DNA of 64,000 nt from Hadesarchaea archaeon (GCA_029259185.1 JAPDJF010000001.1:1-64000), one strand, 5' to 3'. Shown: positions 1 to 9,880, counted from the first letter of the stretch. A program made the numbers and translations. The notes: a model not told the origin generated them from the letters alone.

Positions 1-126
1 GTATTGCCCTCCGAGTGTCTTTATCGCATCGACCTTGCCAGCGTAGATCCACTTCTTCATCGTGTTGAAATGAATACCCAGCAGTCTGGCGGCTTTGCCG
101 GTTGAGTACAGTTTTTCCTCGCGCAT
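1..126 (-). CDS. tnpA: IS607-family serine recombinase TnpA, N-terminal MerR-like HTH (runs off window edge)
   Basis: Manual translation MREEKLYSTGKAARLLGIHFNTMKKWIYAGKVDAIKTLGGQY matches the IS607 TnpA N-terminal HTH pattern. Confidence 0.8.
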   Translation of the reverse strand, partial: MREEKLYSTGKAARLLGIHFNTMKKWIYAGKVDAIKTLGGQY

Positions 127-190
127 TTCCATTACAGTATTGTTTGGTATAACTTGTATAAAAATGTATTATTTTAGATAGCAACTACAC
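1..190 (-). mobile_element. Left end of IS607-like element (boundary approximate)
   Basis: AT-rich tract 127-180 upstream of tnpA; abuts a GG-containing junction at the end of the ThiF remnant. Confidence 0.55.
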
Positions 191-528
191 CCCACACACG
201 TTAGGCAATTCGGATCCCTGCGAACCTCGATTTCCTCAACTCTCATTTCTCTTCCGTCGAAGAGAAGCATCACAGTATCTACCCTAACACGCGAGTTTAG
301 TTTCTTTAGCTTTTCTAGCGGGCCCCACTTTTGATCTTTCCACATCACGATCCCAGTGGAGGATTTGTCGGTTCAGATCGTTCACGAGCTGAGGGTCTAC
401 AAGCGTGGCATGTCTGACTCCACCGTCGCGAGGTAAGCTGAGATGGAGGATCCTAGTTCCCCCCGACCTCTCCTCCCAAATCCCTCGATGAGGATCTGGT
501 AATCGTATCTCTCCCACTCCCTCCGCAT
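190..528 (-). pseudogene. Degraded ThiF/MoeB (E1-like) gene
   Basis: Motifs spread over different frames: WERYDYQILIEGFG, GELGSSISAYLA, TLVDPQLVNDLNRQILHWDRDV..KV, LFDGREMRVEEIEVRRDPNCLTC; large internal deletions. Confidence 0.75.
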
Positions 529-628
529 GGATCCAAGATAGGAATCCCCACCCGCTCTTATAAAACATTCAACAGCTTCGGAGTCCATCTGAGCACCGAC
601 CGGAGAGGTGTGGGATCTCAAACTTGGA

Positions 629-718
<90 letters not shown>

Positions 719-797
719 CTTTCTTCATTTACTCAAGAAAGATTTAATTTGGTAGCCAATCTGATTTTTTTTGATTCTCCGAGTGGAAGTGTTTCGG

Positions 798-2006
798 TTG
801 AAAGCCCTCCTAGTGGTATGTGATGGACTTGCGGATCGCCCGATGCGGGAACTCGGGGATCTCACCCCTCTTGAAGCGGCAAGGAAACCGATAATGGACG
901 AAATAGCAAAGAGGGGAATATGTGGACTCATGGATCCGATCGCCCCCGGCATAGCCCCGGGTAGCGATACCGCCCACCTCTCTCTCTTGGGCTACGACCC
1001 ATTCGAAGTGTATTCGGGAAGAGGCCCTTTCGAAGCGGCTGGAGCTGGGATAGATCTCAAACCTAGAGACATCGCGTTCCGCGTCAACTTTTCGACCGTG
1101 GATGAGAAACTCATTCTGAAAGACAGAAGAGCGGGACGCATCCAGAACGTAGATGAACTCGAACAACTCGTCCAGAGAGTGAAAATTCCGAATGTCAAAA
1201 CGATTTTCAAAGGAACCTCTTCTCACAGGGCCGTACTCGTCCTGAGGGGGAAAGGTCTTTCTCACGAGGTTTCCGACAACGACCCCCACGTAACGGGTGT
1301 CCGGGTGCCGGAAGTGAAGCCCCTCAACAGAAGAGCCGTAAAAACTGCCAAACTTCTCAACTCGTTTTTGAACAAATCACACCAGCTTTTGAAATCCGCC
1401 CCCCTGAACCTGAAACGAATAGAAAAAGGATTTCTCCCAGCCAACTATCTCCTCCTCAGGGGAGGAGGGATCGCCAGAAAACTTGAACCTCTAGAGAAGA
1501 GATTTTTTCTCCGAGGGGCTTGCATCGCTGCCACCGCTTTAGTGCGTGGTGTCTGCAAGCTGGCAGGAATGGATGTCATCCGTGTTCCCTCTTCCACGAC
1601 TGGAGTAGACACCGACCTAGACGCTGAGGTAAACGCCGTGCTTGAGAGTCTTGAAGAGCACGACTTCGTCCTATACTCGATAAAGGGATTTGACGAGGCC
1701 AGCCATGATGGAGACGCTGAGAAAAAAATAGCCTTCATCGAACAGGTGGATGAAAAACTCAGCAAGTTGATGGATGAGGTTGATTTTCTCATCCTCACGG
1801 CCGATCACACCACAGCCACTAGCACCAAAAAACACGTAGCAGATCCGGTACCCGTAGTGATCATGGGGCCAGGAGTTAGAACCGATGACGTCACGAAATT
1901 CGATGAAAGATCCTGTGCGAAGGGAGGGCTGTGCCGGATCAGGGGAATGGAACTTCTCCCTATCCTCGTCAATTTTATGGGAAAAGTTAGAAAGTTCGGA
2001 GCGTGA
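798..2006 (+). CDS. apgM: 2,3-bisphosphoglycerate-independent phosphoglycerate mutase (archaeal type)
   Basis: CDGLADRP..TPLEAA, PGSDTAHLSLLGY, GRGPFEAAG, TADH motifs; TTG start inferred. Confidence 0.93.
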   Translation: MKALLVVCDGLADRPMRELGDLTPLEAARKPIMDEIAKRGICGLMDPIAPGIAPGSDTAHLSLLGYDPFEVYSGRGPFEAAGAGIDLKPRDIAFRVNFSTVDEKLILKDRRAGRIQNVDELEQLVQRVKIPNVKTIFKGTSSHRAVLVLRGKGLSHEVSDNDPHVTGVRVPEVKPLNRRAVKTAKLLNSFLNKSHQLLKSAPLNLKRIEKGFLPANYLLLRGGGIARKLEPLEKRFFLRGACIAATALVRGVCKLAGMDVIRVPSSTTGVDTDLDAEVNAVLESLEEHDFVLYSIKGFDEASHDGDAEKKIAFIEQVDEKLSKLMDEVDFLILTADHTTATSTKKHVADPVPVVIMGPGVRTDDVTKFDERSCAKGGLCRIRGMELLPILVNFMGKVRKFGA

Positions 2007-2020
2007 ATTGAGAGGAGGAG

Positions 2021-3472
2021 ATAGCGACGTACCTAGTACTCGGAGCCAGCGATACGGGGTTTGAGATAGCCAGCCGCCTGAGGAAACTTGAAAAGGAAGT
2101 CATGGTTGTAGTACCCGATCAACGAAGGGCCAATCTCCTCGCTAGGAGGACTTTTAAAGTCCAAGTCGGGGATTTCACTTCCGAAGACCTGTTCAAACAA
2201 ATCAGCACAGAGGAGATGAAAAAAGTCGAAGTCATCTTCATTGCGACCACCGATTACCGTATCGTCGAACGGACATTGGAAACCCTCAATAAAGTAAAAA
2301 GTGAACTTGAGATATCCCCAATCGTGTTCACTTTGGTTCCTGATGAATTGCTTGAGAAGGGTGCAAAAGATAAGGGGGCGGATGGTGTTTTACCGGTGGC
2401 TCAATCCCTAGCCAAACAGGTCATCCCAAAACTCAAGGATCTCGAGAGGAGGAAGAAGGAAAAAACGATGAGGGAACTCATCTGTAGAAAAAGGGGAAGG
2501 ATGCTCATAATAACCCAAAACAATCCCGATCCCGATGGTATAGCCAGTGCGGCCGCCCTTAAGAGATATGCCCAAGCATTTGGCATCGAAGCCGACATAG
2601 CCTGTGCGGGGGAGATCAGTGGGTATTATGAGAACAAAGTTATGAAAAACATTCTCGAAATAGAACTCCTAGACCTCAAAAAAGTGAACTTCGAGAGGTA
2701 CTTCACCATAGCACTCGTGGACGTTTCAACCCGCACCAACTGCTCTCTCCCGGAAAAAGTCTTTCCGACCATAGTGATAGACCATCACTCAGTCCCCTCC
2801 AGTGAGGTGGAGGGAAGATTCAAAGACATAGAACCCACGGGAGCAACATCCACCCTGCTAGCTAACTACCTATGGTATGCGGGGATTGAAATAGACCCCC
2901 CACTCGCCACCGCTTTAGCCCTAGGTATAATAACAGACACGATGCACTTCACAAGAGGAGTCACACCCCTCGACTTCGAAGTGTTCCAACGCCTCCGAGA
3001 AAATGCTGATTTAGACCTTCTCCGGAGACTCCAAATCCCGCTCGTCTCGAAGGAGGCCTTTGACTCTCTAGCGAATGCGATTAAAAAGGGCAAGCTCGTG
3101 GAGGGTTGTTTCGTCACCAATATTGGGAGGATCGAAAATCCAGACGTGGTCCCACAAGTGGCTGATCTTTTGCTCCAACGAGAGGGGATAGTTACCTCCT
3201 TCGTTTACGGTTTGTGTGGGGACGCGGTGCGGATGTCCGCACGAACCAAAGATAAGAGCTTGCACCTCGGGCAGCTACTCAGAGACCTTTTTCCAAATTT
3301 CGCCGGAGGACACGCCAGCATGGCTGCTGGGATGGTTCCTCTCAGTCGTCTCACCAAGTCACGTCGTTCCGAAAGATCTGTTAGGAGTGTAGTGGACCGC
3401 AAGGTAGCTCGCAGATTTCTGGAGATGATGGACCTAGCACCGAAAAAGCGTAGGAAAAGAGCCAAGCGATAG
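2021..3472 (+). CDS. DHH/DHHA1 phosphoesterase with N-terminal TrkA-N (RCK) domain
   Basis: NPDPDG, IDHH, TDT, AGGHASMAAG motifs; Rossmann strand YLVLGASDTG lies upstream of first ATG (2102), implying a start near ATA 2021. Confidence 0.8.
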   Translation: MATYLVLGASDTGFEIASRLRKLEKEVMVVVPDQRRANLLARRTFKVQVGDFTSEDLFKQISTEEMKKVEVIFIATTDYRIVERTLETLNKVKSELEISPIVFTLVPDELLEKGAKDKGADGVLPVAQSLAKQVIPKLKDLERRKKEKTMRELICRKRGRMLIITQNNPDPDGIASAAALKRYAQAFGIEADIACAGEISGYYENKVMKNILEIELLDLKKVNFERYFTIALVDVSTRTNCSLPEKVFPTIVIDHHSVPSSEVEGRFKDIEPTGATSTLLANYLWYAGIEIDPPLATALALGIITDTMHFTRGVTPLDFEVFQRLRENADLDLLRRLQIPLVSKEAFDSLANAIKKGKLVEGCFVTNIGRIENPDVVPQVADLLLQREGIVTSFVYGLCGDAVRMSARTKDKSLHLGQLLRDLFPNFAGGHASMAAGMVPLSRLTKSRRSERSVRSVVDRKVARRFLEMMDLAPKKRRKRAKR

Positions 3473-3475
3473 CCC

Positions 3476-4294
3476 ATGGGCTACCTACAAAAAGTGTTAA
3501 GGGAAAAGCTACCCCCTGACGAACTCGACCTTTTACCCAAAAGTTTCACCCGCATAGGACATGTGGCGGTTCTCCACTTACCACAATCCCTGAGGCATCG
3601 GAAGGAGGAAATCGTTGACTCCCTGCTCAGACTGAAAGGGGTGCGAACCGTCGCGGCGAAAAAAGGTGGGATAAAGGGCAGGAAGAGGGAACCGGATCTT
3701 GAGGTAATAGGTGGGGATCCGAACACTGAAACGATCCACAGGGAGAATGGATGTTACTTCAAGCTCGATCCCTGCAGGGTGATGTTCTCCCCCGGAAACC
3801 TCTACGAGAGGAGGAGGATCCCCGAGCTCATCCAGCCAGGTGAGGTGGTGGTGGATCTGTTCGCTGGGATCGGCCAGTTTAGCATCCCGATAGCGAAGCT
3901 TAGCAAGGTGAAGAAGGTATATGCGGTAGAACTGAATCCCACAGCTTATCGGTACCTCTCCGAAAACATCAGGCTGAACCACGTTGGCTCTGTGGTCGAA
4001 CCCATTCAAGGCGATTGTGAGAAGGTGGCTCCTAGGGGGATAGCCGACAGGGTTTTGCTCGGGATCCTCCACGTTACGCACAAGTATCTCCCCCTAGCCT
4101 TGGAGGTTCTTAAACCCTCAGGAGGGATCATCCATTACCACGAGAGCGTCCCCCTCTCCATCCAATTCAAGAGACCGATCAAGCGGATTCTGAGCGCCAC
4201 CCGAGGTAGAAAAGTCAAGATCCTGGGCGTGCGGCGGGTCAAGAAATATTCTCCAAACGTTGTACACGTGGTGGTGGATGCCTACGTGGAATAA
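3476..4294 (+). CDS. Trm5/Taw2-family SAM-dependent tRNA modification enzyme
   Basis: ETIHRENG, VMFSPGN..ER, VVDLFAGIGQFSIP, VKKYSP motifs. Confidence 0.88.
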   Translation: MGYLQKVLREKLPPDELDLLPKSFTRIGHVAVLHLPQSLRHRKEEIVDSLLRLKGVRTVAAKKGGIKGRKREPDLEVIGGDPNTETIHRENGCYFKLDPCRVMFSPGNLYERRRIPELIQPGEVVVDLFAGIGQFSIPIAKLSKVKKVYAVELNPTAYRYLSENIRLNHVGSVVEPIQGDCEKVAPRGIADRVLLGILHVTHKYLPLALEVLKPSGGIIHYHESVPLSIQFKRPIKRILSATRGRKVKILGVRRVKKYSPNVVHVVVDAYVE

Positions 4295-4353
4295 CTTGGG
4301 ATCCCTAATCCAGCGATAGATTTAAAGCCAGAACCCGAGAGTAAGGGGATTGG

Positions 4354-4515
4354 ATGGGAAGGATATGTACCTCGTGCGAGAGACCCATCGTTTCTGAGAT
4401 AGCCGTGCGATTCCCCTGTCCGAACTGCGGGGAGTTCCAGATATGGAGATGTGAAAAATGTCGCAAACTCAGCAACCCGTATGAGTGCCCGAAGTGCGGG
4501 TTCACGGGTCCATAG
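4354..4515 (+). CDS. Small double zinc-finger protein (HVO_2753/DUF1610-like)
   Basis: Manual translation [39 protein letters not shown]; conserved position upstream of EF-1beta. Confidence 0.9.
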   Translation: MGRICTSCERPIVSEIAVRFPCPNCGEFQIWRCEKCRKLSNPYECPKCGFTGP

Positions 4516-4523
4516 GTGGGCTC

Positions 4524-4778
4524 ATGGGAAACGTGGCTGTCACGATGAGGGTCATGCCTGAGAATACCGAGGTGGACTTGGAGGCGTTGGCCAAGGAGAT
4601 AGGAAAAATAGCTCAAGTAACTTCCATTTCCAGAGAGCCTGTAGCTTTCGGTTTGGAGGCATTGAAAGTCGTGGCGGTCGTTCCAGATGCCGCTGGAGGC
4701 ACCGAGCCCTTAGAGAAAAGTATCGAGGGGCTTCCCGGGGTTGGAAGTGTTCACGTCGTGGGAGTGACGCTCATCTGA
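4524..4778 (+). CDS. ef1b: Elongation factor 1-beta
   Basis: MGNVAVTMRVMPE..VDL, EPVAFGLEALKV, GGTEPLE. Confidence 0.93.
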   Translation: MGNVAVTMRVMPENTEVDLEALAKEIGKIAQVTSISREPVAFGLEALKVVAVVPDAAGGTEPLEKSIEGLPGVGSVHVVGVTLI

Positions 4779-4787
4779 GGGGTTAAA

Positions 4788-5444
4788 TTGAAGCTCGATC
4801 CACGTGTCGTAAAATTGTATCCTGGATTCATCGTCGGATACTCCATCGTTACGGGGATAACCGTGGAAAAGGAAGTGGAGGGACTCGAGGCTAAGAAAAG
4901 AGAAGTTCTGGAGATGGTGAGAAAGAAACTCATCGCTCATCCGATCGATGAGATGGAGGAAATCATACTCTATCGCTCCTTCCTCGAAAAAATGGGAAGG
5001 AAGGGAACCGCCTCCCAGCTGGAGACCTTAACCAAAGACGTTGAAAGGAATGATATTCCGTCCCATAACAATCTCTTGGACTCATGCGCGATCGCCTCAC
5101 TCGAGTACATGATTTTGGTCAACGCTCACGATTTACAGAATGTTAAGGGAGAACTCGAGGTCACCCTTTCGAGTGGAGATAAACCCATTCAGCTTTTGGA
5201 TGGAAGGAAGGAAGCTCCAAACGTGAACGAGGTGATCCTTAAAGACCAAGAGAAAATAATCTCCGCTTACGGACTGGGCAACGCCAAGTCCACGGGAATA
5301 TCCTTTAAGACCTCCAACGCCGTGCTCGTAGCTTGGAACGCTCCGGGGATAAAAAGGGAGCGAGTCGAGTCCGCACTGAAAACCGCATCCATCTATGCTA
5401 GGAAATACTGTGGAGGACACGTTGAAAAAACGGAAATCTTGTGA
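4788..5444 (+). CDS. Stand-alone B3/B4 (PheRS editing-like) domain protein
   Basis: YRSFL, NNLLDSC..ASL, AHDL..G, VILKDQEKII pattern of B3/4 proteins. Confidence 0.7.
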   Translation: MKLDPRVVKLYPGFIVGYSIVTGITVEKEVEGLEAKKREVLEMVRKKLIAHPIDEMEEIILYRSFLEKMGRKGTASQLETLTKDVERNDIPSHNNLLDSCAIASLEYMILVNAHDLQNVKGELEVTLSSGDKPIQLLDGRKEAPNVNEVILKDQEKIISAYGLGNAKSTGISFKTSNAVLVAWNAPGIKRERVESALKTASIYARKYCGGHVEKTEIL

Positions 5445-5650
5445 AAATGGATCTTCTTCTACCCCTCGGGATTTTTCTGATCCTGATCGGTGCCCTTTTC
5501 GTCACCTTATCCTTGGCAAACGAACTCATTGACTTTTCCTCCCTCCCGTGGTGGCTCGTTTACGTCTATAAGAGGAACGGATTTTACTTCGTTACCTCCC
5601 CTGCTCTCATCCTGCTCGTCTCCATAATTCTGCTCCTAATGAAAGTTTAG
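5441..5650 (+). CDS. Small membrane protein
   Basis: Two hydrophobic segments; overlaps upstream stop. Confidence 0.6.
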   Translation: MKMDLLLPLGIFLILIGALFVTLSLANELIDFSSLPWWLVYVYKRNGFYFVTSPALILLVSIILLLMKV

Positions 5651-6000
5651 ATCCTCTCTTTCTTCTCCTTGATCCTCAGGATAGCCTCAGCCAGATCCCC
5701 ACGTGTCTCCCTCAGTTCCTTTCTCGCCTCTCCTGCATCCGCCCCAGCTTGCTCCATTACGAGTTTCACATCCTCTTCGCTCGGTTCGTATTCTAACTTT
5801 TGCTCAATTTCATGTCCTGTCACTTGATAACTCTTCTGCCCAGCCACCTCCGTCACCACTACTCCCGCGTTGGGTATCACTATTTCCTTATCCACGAGTC
5901 TTATCCTCACCTCACGTACCCCTTGGAGTTCACGGGTTTTTATTCCCATCTGTCGCATCAACCGATCCAGCTGACGTCTGTCGATCCGCTTAGGAAACAT
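5647..6000 (-). CDS. nac: Nascent polypeptide-associated complex protein
   Basis: MRQMGI..EL, EDVKLVMEQAG, GDLAEAIL UBA-like tail. Confidence 0.93.
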   Translation of the reverse strand: MFPKRIDRRQLDRLMRQMGIKTRELQGVREVRIRLVDKEIVIPNAGVVVTEVAGQKSYQVTGHEIEQKLEYEPSEEDVKLVMEQAGADAGEARKELRETRGDLAEAILRIKEKKERI

Positions 6001-6472
6001 CCTTCTGTCCCCGCCTTACTTTCACCGCCTTTCCTTCTTTAAACGCTTTCATCTCTTCCCCACTTAACACAGCCGTCCCGCTCGCAAGCAAATTTCCGTT
6101 TACATCAACGACAAGGACTTCTTCCGCCGGTCTTATCTCCGGATCGGCCTCTACCACATGCTTCGCAAAAACTGTCCTTCCCCTCCTCACGGCTCGTGCG
6201 ACTTCCTCGGTTACCACTACCCGGAGCCTTCGGGCGGGAAGTACCTTATGGAGGATTTCCGCTCCCTTTCGGTTGAGTACGATGAACCCATCGCTCGCCC
6301 TCACCGCACAGAGGGGTTCATCTCCAATCCACACCTGTCTTATCCTCCCCCTACTCGACATCACTTTTATGGTGGGGGGAAAGAGATGTTCACCCACCCC
6401 CATCTCAAACTGATAGTCTGCTACCGCCCGAAGTTTCGCGAGCTCCTTTCCGGAAGGTTCTCTCAGCTTCAC
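5990..6472 (-). CDS. PUA-domain protein (TgtA C-terminal-like)
   Basis: LRAVADYQF, VFAKHVVEADPEIRPAEEVLVV, AVKVRRG. Confidence 0.85.
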   Translation of the reverse strand: MKLREPSGKELAKLRAVADYQFEMGVGEHLFPPTIKVMSSRGRIRQVWIGDEPLCAVRASDGFIVLNRKGAEILHKVLPARRLRVVVTEEVARAVRRGRTVFAKHVVEADPEIRPAEEVLVVDVNGNLLASGTAVLSGEEMKAFKEGKAVKVRRGQKDVS

Positions 6473-6543
6473 ATAACCTCCCCCGCGCCAACCACACCCC
6501 TATTACCCAGATTGCTCGATGCGTTGTAAGATTTTGCCGAACC

Positions 6544-7266
6544 TCAGATGTATATGTTATCCTCTTCTCGGACGGGGAACTCCGACCCCGAGGTCGTCCT
6601 CAGATCCGGGATGCTGGCTCCGTATTTATGAAGGTTTTCGACCCTCAAATCAAATCCATATACCTCTGAGAGGAGCCGGAGAATCTCTCCCGCTGCATCC
6701 ATGTCTACAACCCCTCCCCGGGTGGCCCCCATCAAACATATTCCTCTCCACCCGCGCATACCAGCTAAACCGACCACAAGCCCGTTCATTCCCACTATCA
6801 TCCCTCCATCCAAAGCTATCGCTCCTTTTTCCCAAAATTTTTTGAACCCCTTCGGGTCGGTAGCTGCTGCGAATACCCCCCTTCTGAATTCCCGCTCTGG
6901 CAAAACGTATGCCGCCATCGTCACCACGGTTTTGACTCCATAATCTTCCACCACGTTGAGGAACTCATCAGAAAGCTCATACTGACCGAGTGGTGAGACC
7001 GCTTGGGCATCTGATGTTGCCAATATAATGTCTTTTCCCGCTGCCTTCGCGTGGTAACATCTTATCATAAAAGCTTTCACCAGAGCTTTCTCTCGGATCA
7101 CCCATTCTGGAAAGTAGCTAGAATAGAGCTCTAAGAAGGGCTTCGCTTTGAACTCCCGGATGAGAAACTCCACTGAGATCCTTCCTATGTTAGCTATACC
7201 TGGGAACCCCGCAATCAGGAGAGGGGCCCTGAGTTTTGGATTCCCCACGGAATTTACACGAAACAT
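6544..7266 (-). CDS. PAC2 family proteasome assembly chaperone-like protein
   Basis: LIAGFPGIANIG, LYSSYFP, DAQA..GQYE, IVGMNGL. Confidence 0.85.
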   Translation of the reverse strand: MFRVNSVGNPKLRAPLLIAGFPGIANIGRISVEFLIREFKAKPFLELYSSYFPEWVIREKALVKAFMIRCYHAKAAGKDIILATSDAQAVSPLGQYELSDEFLNVVEDYGVKTVVTMAAYVLPEREFRRGVFAAATDPKGFKKFWEKGAIALDGGMIVGMNGLVVGLAGMRGWRGICLMGATRGGVVDMDAAGEILRLLSEVYGFDLRVENLHKYGASIPDLRTTSGSEFPVREEDNIYI

Positions 7267-7352
7267 CCGTGTTCCTTACATCTCTCGGGTTTATAGGGTT
7301 TAACTACGTTGCGGATTTCCGGCCAAGGGGTTAAAGACTTGTCCCACCTTCG

Positions 7353-8348
7353 TTGAATGATACGGTGAAATCAGTTCCGATAGGAAGCGGTGAAATACGA
7401 ATATTTCCCCTAGCGTTCGAGAGCTTAGGGGTGAGAAGCATGGCTACCTATGTAGAGACTTGTGATGTGAAGGTGGTGATAGATCCGGGTTCAGCCCTAG
7501 GTCCGAGGTTCAACCTCAACCCACACGAGCGAGAGTACCGGGCTCTCTCGCGCTCTAGGGAAACCATCCTAGAAGTAGCGAAAGAGGCCGATGTGTTGAC
7601 CGTGAGTCATTTCCATTACGATCACTACCTCCCCAGCTTCGAGAACTGGATGTGGATATGGAGTTCGCCTGAGTTGGCTGAGAGGCTCTACAGGGGGAAG
7701 CTCGTGTTGATGAAAGATCCAAGCTCACATATAAACTTGGCTCAGCGGAAGAGGGGATATCTGTTCAAAAAGTTCTGTTCAAGGGTTGCTAAGGAAGTCC
7801 ACATAGCCGACGGGAAGACATTCAGGTTCGGAGAGACCGTGCTTGAGTTCTCAAGTCCCGTCTACCACGGCCCGGAGGGCTCGAAGCTTGGATTCGTTCT
7901 GATACTGACCGTTCGAACTGAAGGATGTTGTTTAGTTCATGCTCCCGATGTCCAAGGACCGATGTACGAGGAGCCACTGAGAATCATCCTGAAACAATCT
8001 CCCGATGCTGTTATCATCGGTGGACCCCCCATCTACTTAGAGGGCTTCAAAATCAAGGTTGAGGAGCTAGAGAGGGGGAGGAAGAATCTCATGGAACTCG
8101 CCAGACGAGTTCCCCTCCTGATCGTTGATCATCACCTGTTGCGATCTTCGGAGTATCGCGAGTATCTCTCCCCTGTGATCTCTTCGGCAAGAAATGAAAG
8201 CAACCGTGTGCTGACGGCTGCAGAATTCATTGGAAAAGAACCGGAACTCTTAGAGGCCAAGCGGAGGGAGCTACACGCCAGGGAGCCGGTGAAGAAAACG
8301 TGGTATAAAAGGCTTGAGAAGGGGATCTTGGAGACGAGCCAAGATTAG
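7353..8348 (+). CDS. MBL-fold metallohydrolase (UPF0282-like)
   Basis: ESLGVRSMAT, IDPG, SHFHYDH, DVQG, DHHLLR. Confidence 0.85.
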   Translation: MNDTVKSVPIGSGEIRIFPLAFESLGVRSMATYVETCDVKVVIDPGSALGPRFNLNPHEREYRALSRSRETILEVAKEADVLTVSHFHYDHYLPSFENWMWIWSSPELAERLYRGKLVLMKDPSSHINLAQRKRGYLFKKFCSRVAKEVHIADGKTFRFGETVLEFSSPVYHGPEGSKLGFVLILTVRTEGCCLVHAPDVQGPMYEEPLRIILKQSPDAVIIGGPPIYLEGFKIKVEELERGRKNLMELARRVPLLIVDHHLLRSSEYREYLSPVISSARNESNRVLTAAEFIGKEPELLEAKRRELHAREPVKKTWYKRLEKGILETSQD

Positions 8349-8411
8349 CTCGGCTACCCGTGAAGCTCACTCGGGGAAAACCACGACCTTGAGCTGACCG
8401 GGTTTGAACGA

Positions 8412-9374
8412 TCATCCCTTACCTAAGTACTCGCGCACGGGGGTGAATATCTCGATCAACGCCTCCGCAACTGCTGATTTCAAATCCGCTGGGTGGAGTT
8501 CTCCAGCTACGTACAATTTCTTGAGTTCATCGCTTTCCCTCACGTTAAGGGTTCCTCCATACTTCTCCGGCCTGCGGATTTCGAGTTCTCCGAGCCTCGG
8601 CAACACCACATGTTCTGCATATTCTATGATCGGGTTTCCCTCCACTACCCTCATGGGACAGAACGCTTTTTTCACCTTCCTCCTCACCTCATCCGGATCC
8701 TCGTCAACAGCTATGAAATTCCCCTTTGAGGAAGACATCTTAGCATCTCCATCCAGCCCGTGGAGTAAGGGCATGTGCACACACACCGGCTTCTTGTAGC
8801 CGAGCTTCTCCAATTTTTCTCGAGCAATCATGTGAACCTTTCTCTGATCGATCCCCCCTATCGCCACATCAACCCCCAAGTAGCTCATATCCACCGCCTG
8901 CATTAACGGATAAATTACCTGTGCCACATCTGGATTCTTCAAGTGGCGAGCTATCTCCGCCATGGACCTCCTCGCCCGCAAGAGGGTGGTTTCGGTCGCC
9001 ATCCGGAGGACATCCATAGTGTATTTGGACTCAAGCTGGAACTCTGATCCAACCTTGAACTCAATCCGCTCCGGGTCTGCACCCATTCCTATGAAACACT
9101 GCTTGTTGTACTCCACCATCTGTTCGATCTCTTCTCGGCTTCCCTTATCGTTCAGATACGCGTGAAGATCTGCCAATAGTAAGATCGTGTGTGCACCCAC
9201 CTCCTGAAAATCCAACAATTTCCAAAGAGTAATCACGTGGCCGTAGTGGATCTTACCCGAAGGTTCATAACCACAATACACGACCGGCCTTCTCGCTGTC
9301 AACACCTTGCGGAGTTCTGTCTCTGTCACCACCTCGATTGTTCCCCGCGTGACCAGTTCGTACTTTTTCTGCAT
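8412..9374 (-). CDS. tyrS: Tyrosyl-tRNA synthetase (archaeal)
   Basis: YCGYEPSGKIHYGH, YPLMQAVD, GGIDQRKVH, KMSSS. Confidence 0.97.
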   Translation of the reverse strand: MQKKYELVTRGTIEVVTETELRKVLTARRPVVYCGYEPSGKIHYGHVITLWKLLDFQEVGAHTILLLADLHAYLNDKGSREEIEQMVEYNKQCFIGMGADPERIEFKVGSEFQLESKYTMDVLRMATETTLLRARRSMAEIARHLKNPDVAQVIYPLMQAVDMSYLGVDVAIGGIDQRKVHMIAREKLEKLGYKKPVCVHMPLLHGLDGDAKMSSSKGNFIAVDEDPDEVRRKVKKAFCPMRVVEGNPIIEYAEHVVLPRLGELEIRRPEKYGGTLNVRESDELKKLYVAGELHPADLKSAVAEALIEIFTPVREYLGKG

Positions 9375-9413
9375 CCCATTAGACTCAGACAGATTACTAA
9401 AAAAACCGAGAGT

Positions 9414-9752
9414 TTAGCTCCTACCCCTTGATTTCCACTCCAGCACTTTTCTCTTCCATCTCTCAAATTGTTGACATTTTACCTTGGTTTTGAGTTTCCC
9501 GCTCAAGTATTCCGTTAAAGCGATTACATCTTCCTTCCTTCTGACTTCCCACCTGTGTAAAATACCACACTTTCTCACTTCCCCACATCCCATCAGATTA
9601 TTGATCAAGTCTAACGGTTCTCTTTCCACACTCGTAACATAAAAGACGGGGTTTAGATACACTCGCTCTTTCCCAGACCCACTCACGTATTTCACTTTAT
9701 TCAACGTGAAACATCCTTTCGCTTCGATATATCCTAAAACCCATTCTTTCAT
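9414..9752 (-). CDS. Stand-alone single-motif LAGLIDADG-family protein
   Basis: WVLGYIEAKGCF motif, F.V....EPLDLI..LMGCG.V, LKTKVK..QF..W. Confidence 0.7.
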   Translation of the reverse strand: MKEWVLGYIEAKGCFTLNKVKYVSGSGKERVYLNPVFYVTSVEREPLDLINNLMGCGEVRKCGILHRWEVRRKEDVIALTEYLSGKLKTKVKCQQFERWKRKVLEWKSRGRS

Positions 9753-9865
9753 GTATAATTATAACAAAAATCTCTTCCTTTTTATAAATTTTTGTTCCAG
9801 TGGAAATAAGGGGGGCCCGGATATTCGTTTGTAAAACTTTTATTAATGGAATCCCGTAGAAACAA
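9753..9865 (+). promoter_or_regulatory. Candidate replication origin: ORB (9794-9815), AT-rich DUE-like tract, weaker mini-ORB (9851-9865)
   Basis: GTTCCAGTGGAAATAAGGGGGG matches the archaeal ORB consensus with G-string. Confidence 0.65.
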
Positions 9866-9880
9866 TCTTGAGAAGAGCCC

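Noticed and set aside
8349-8405. Possible C/D-like sRNA (GTGAAG..CTGA with CCCG/CGGG ends)
   Set aside because: Box C is poor, there are no clear internal boxes, and it is too short to support
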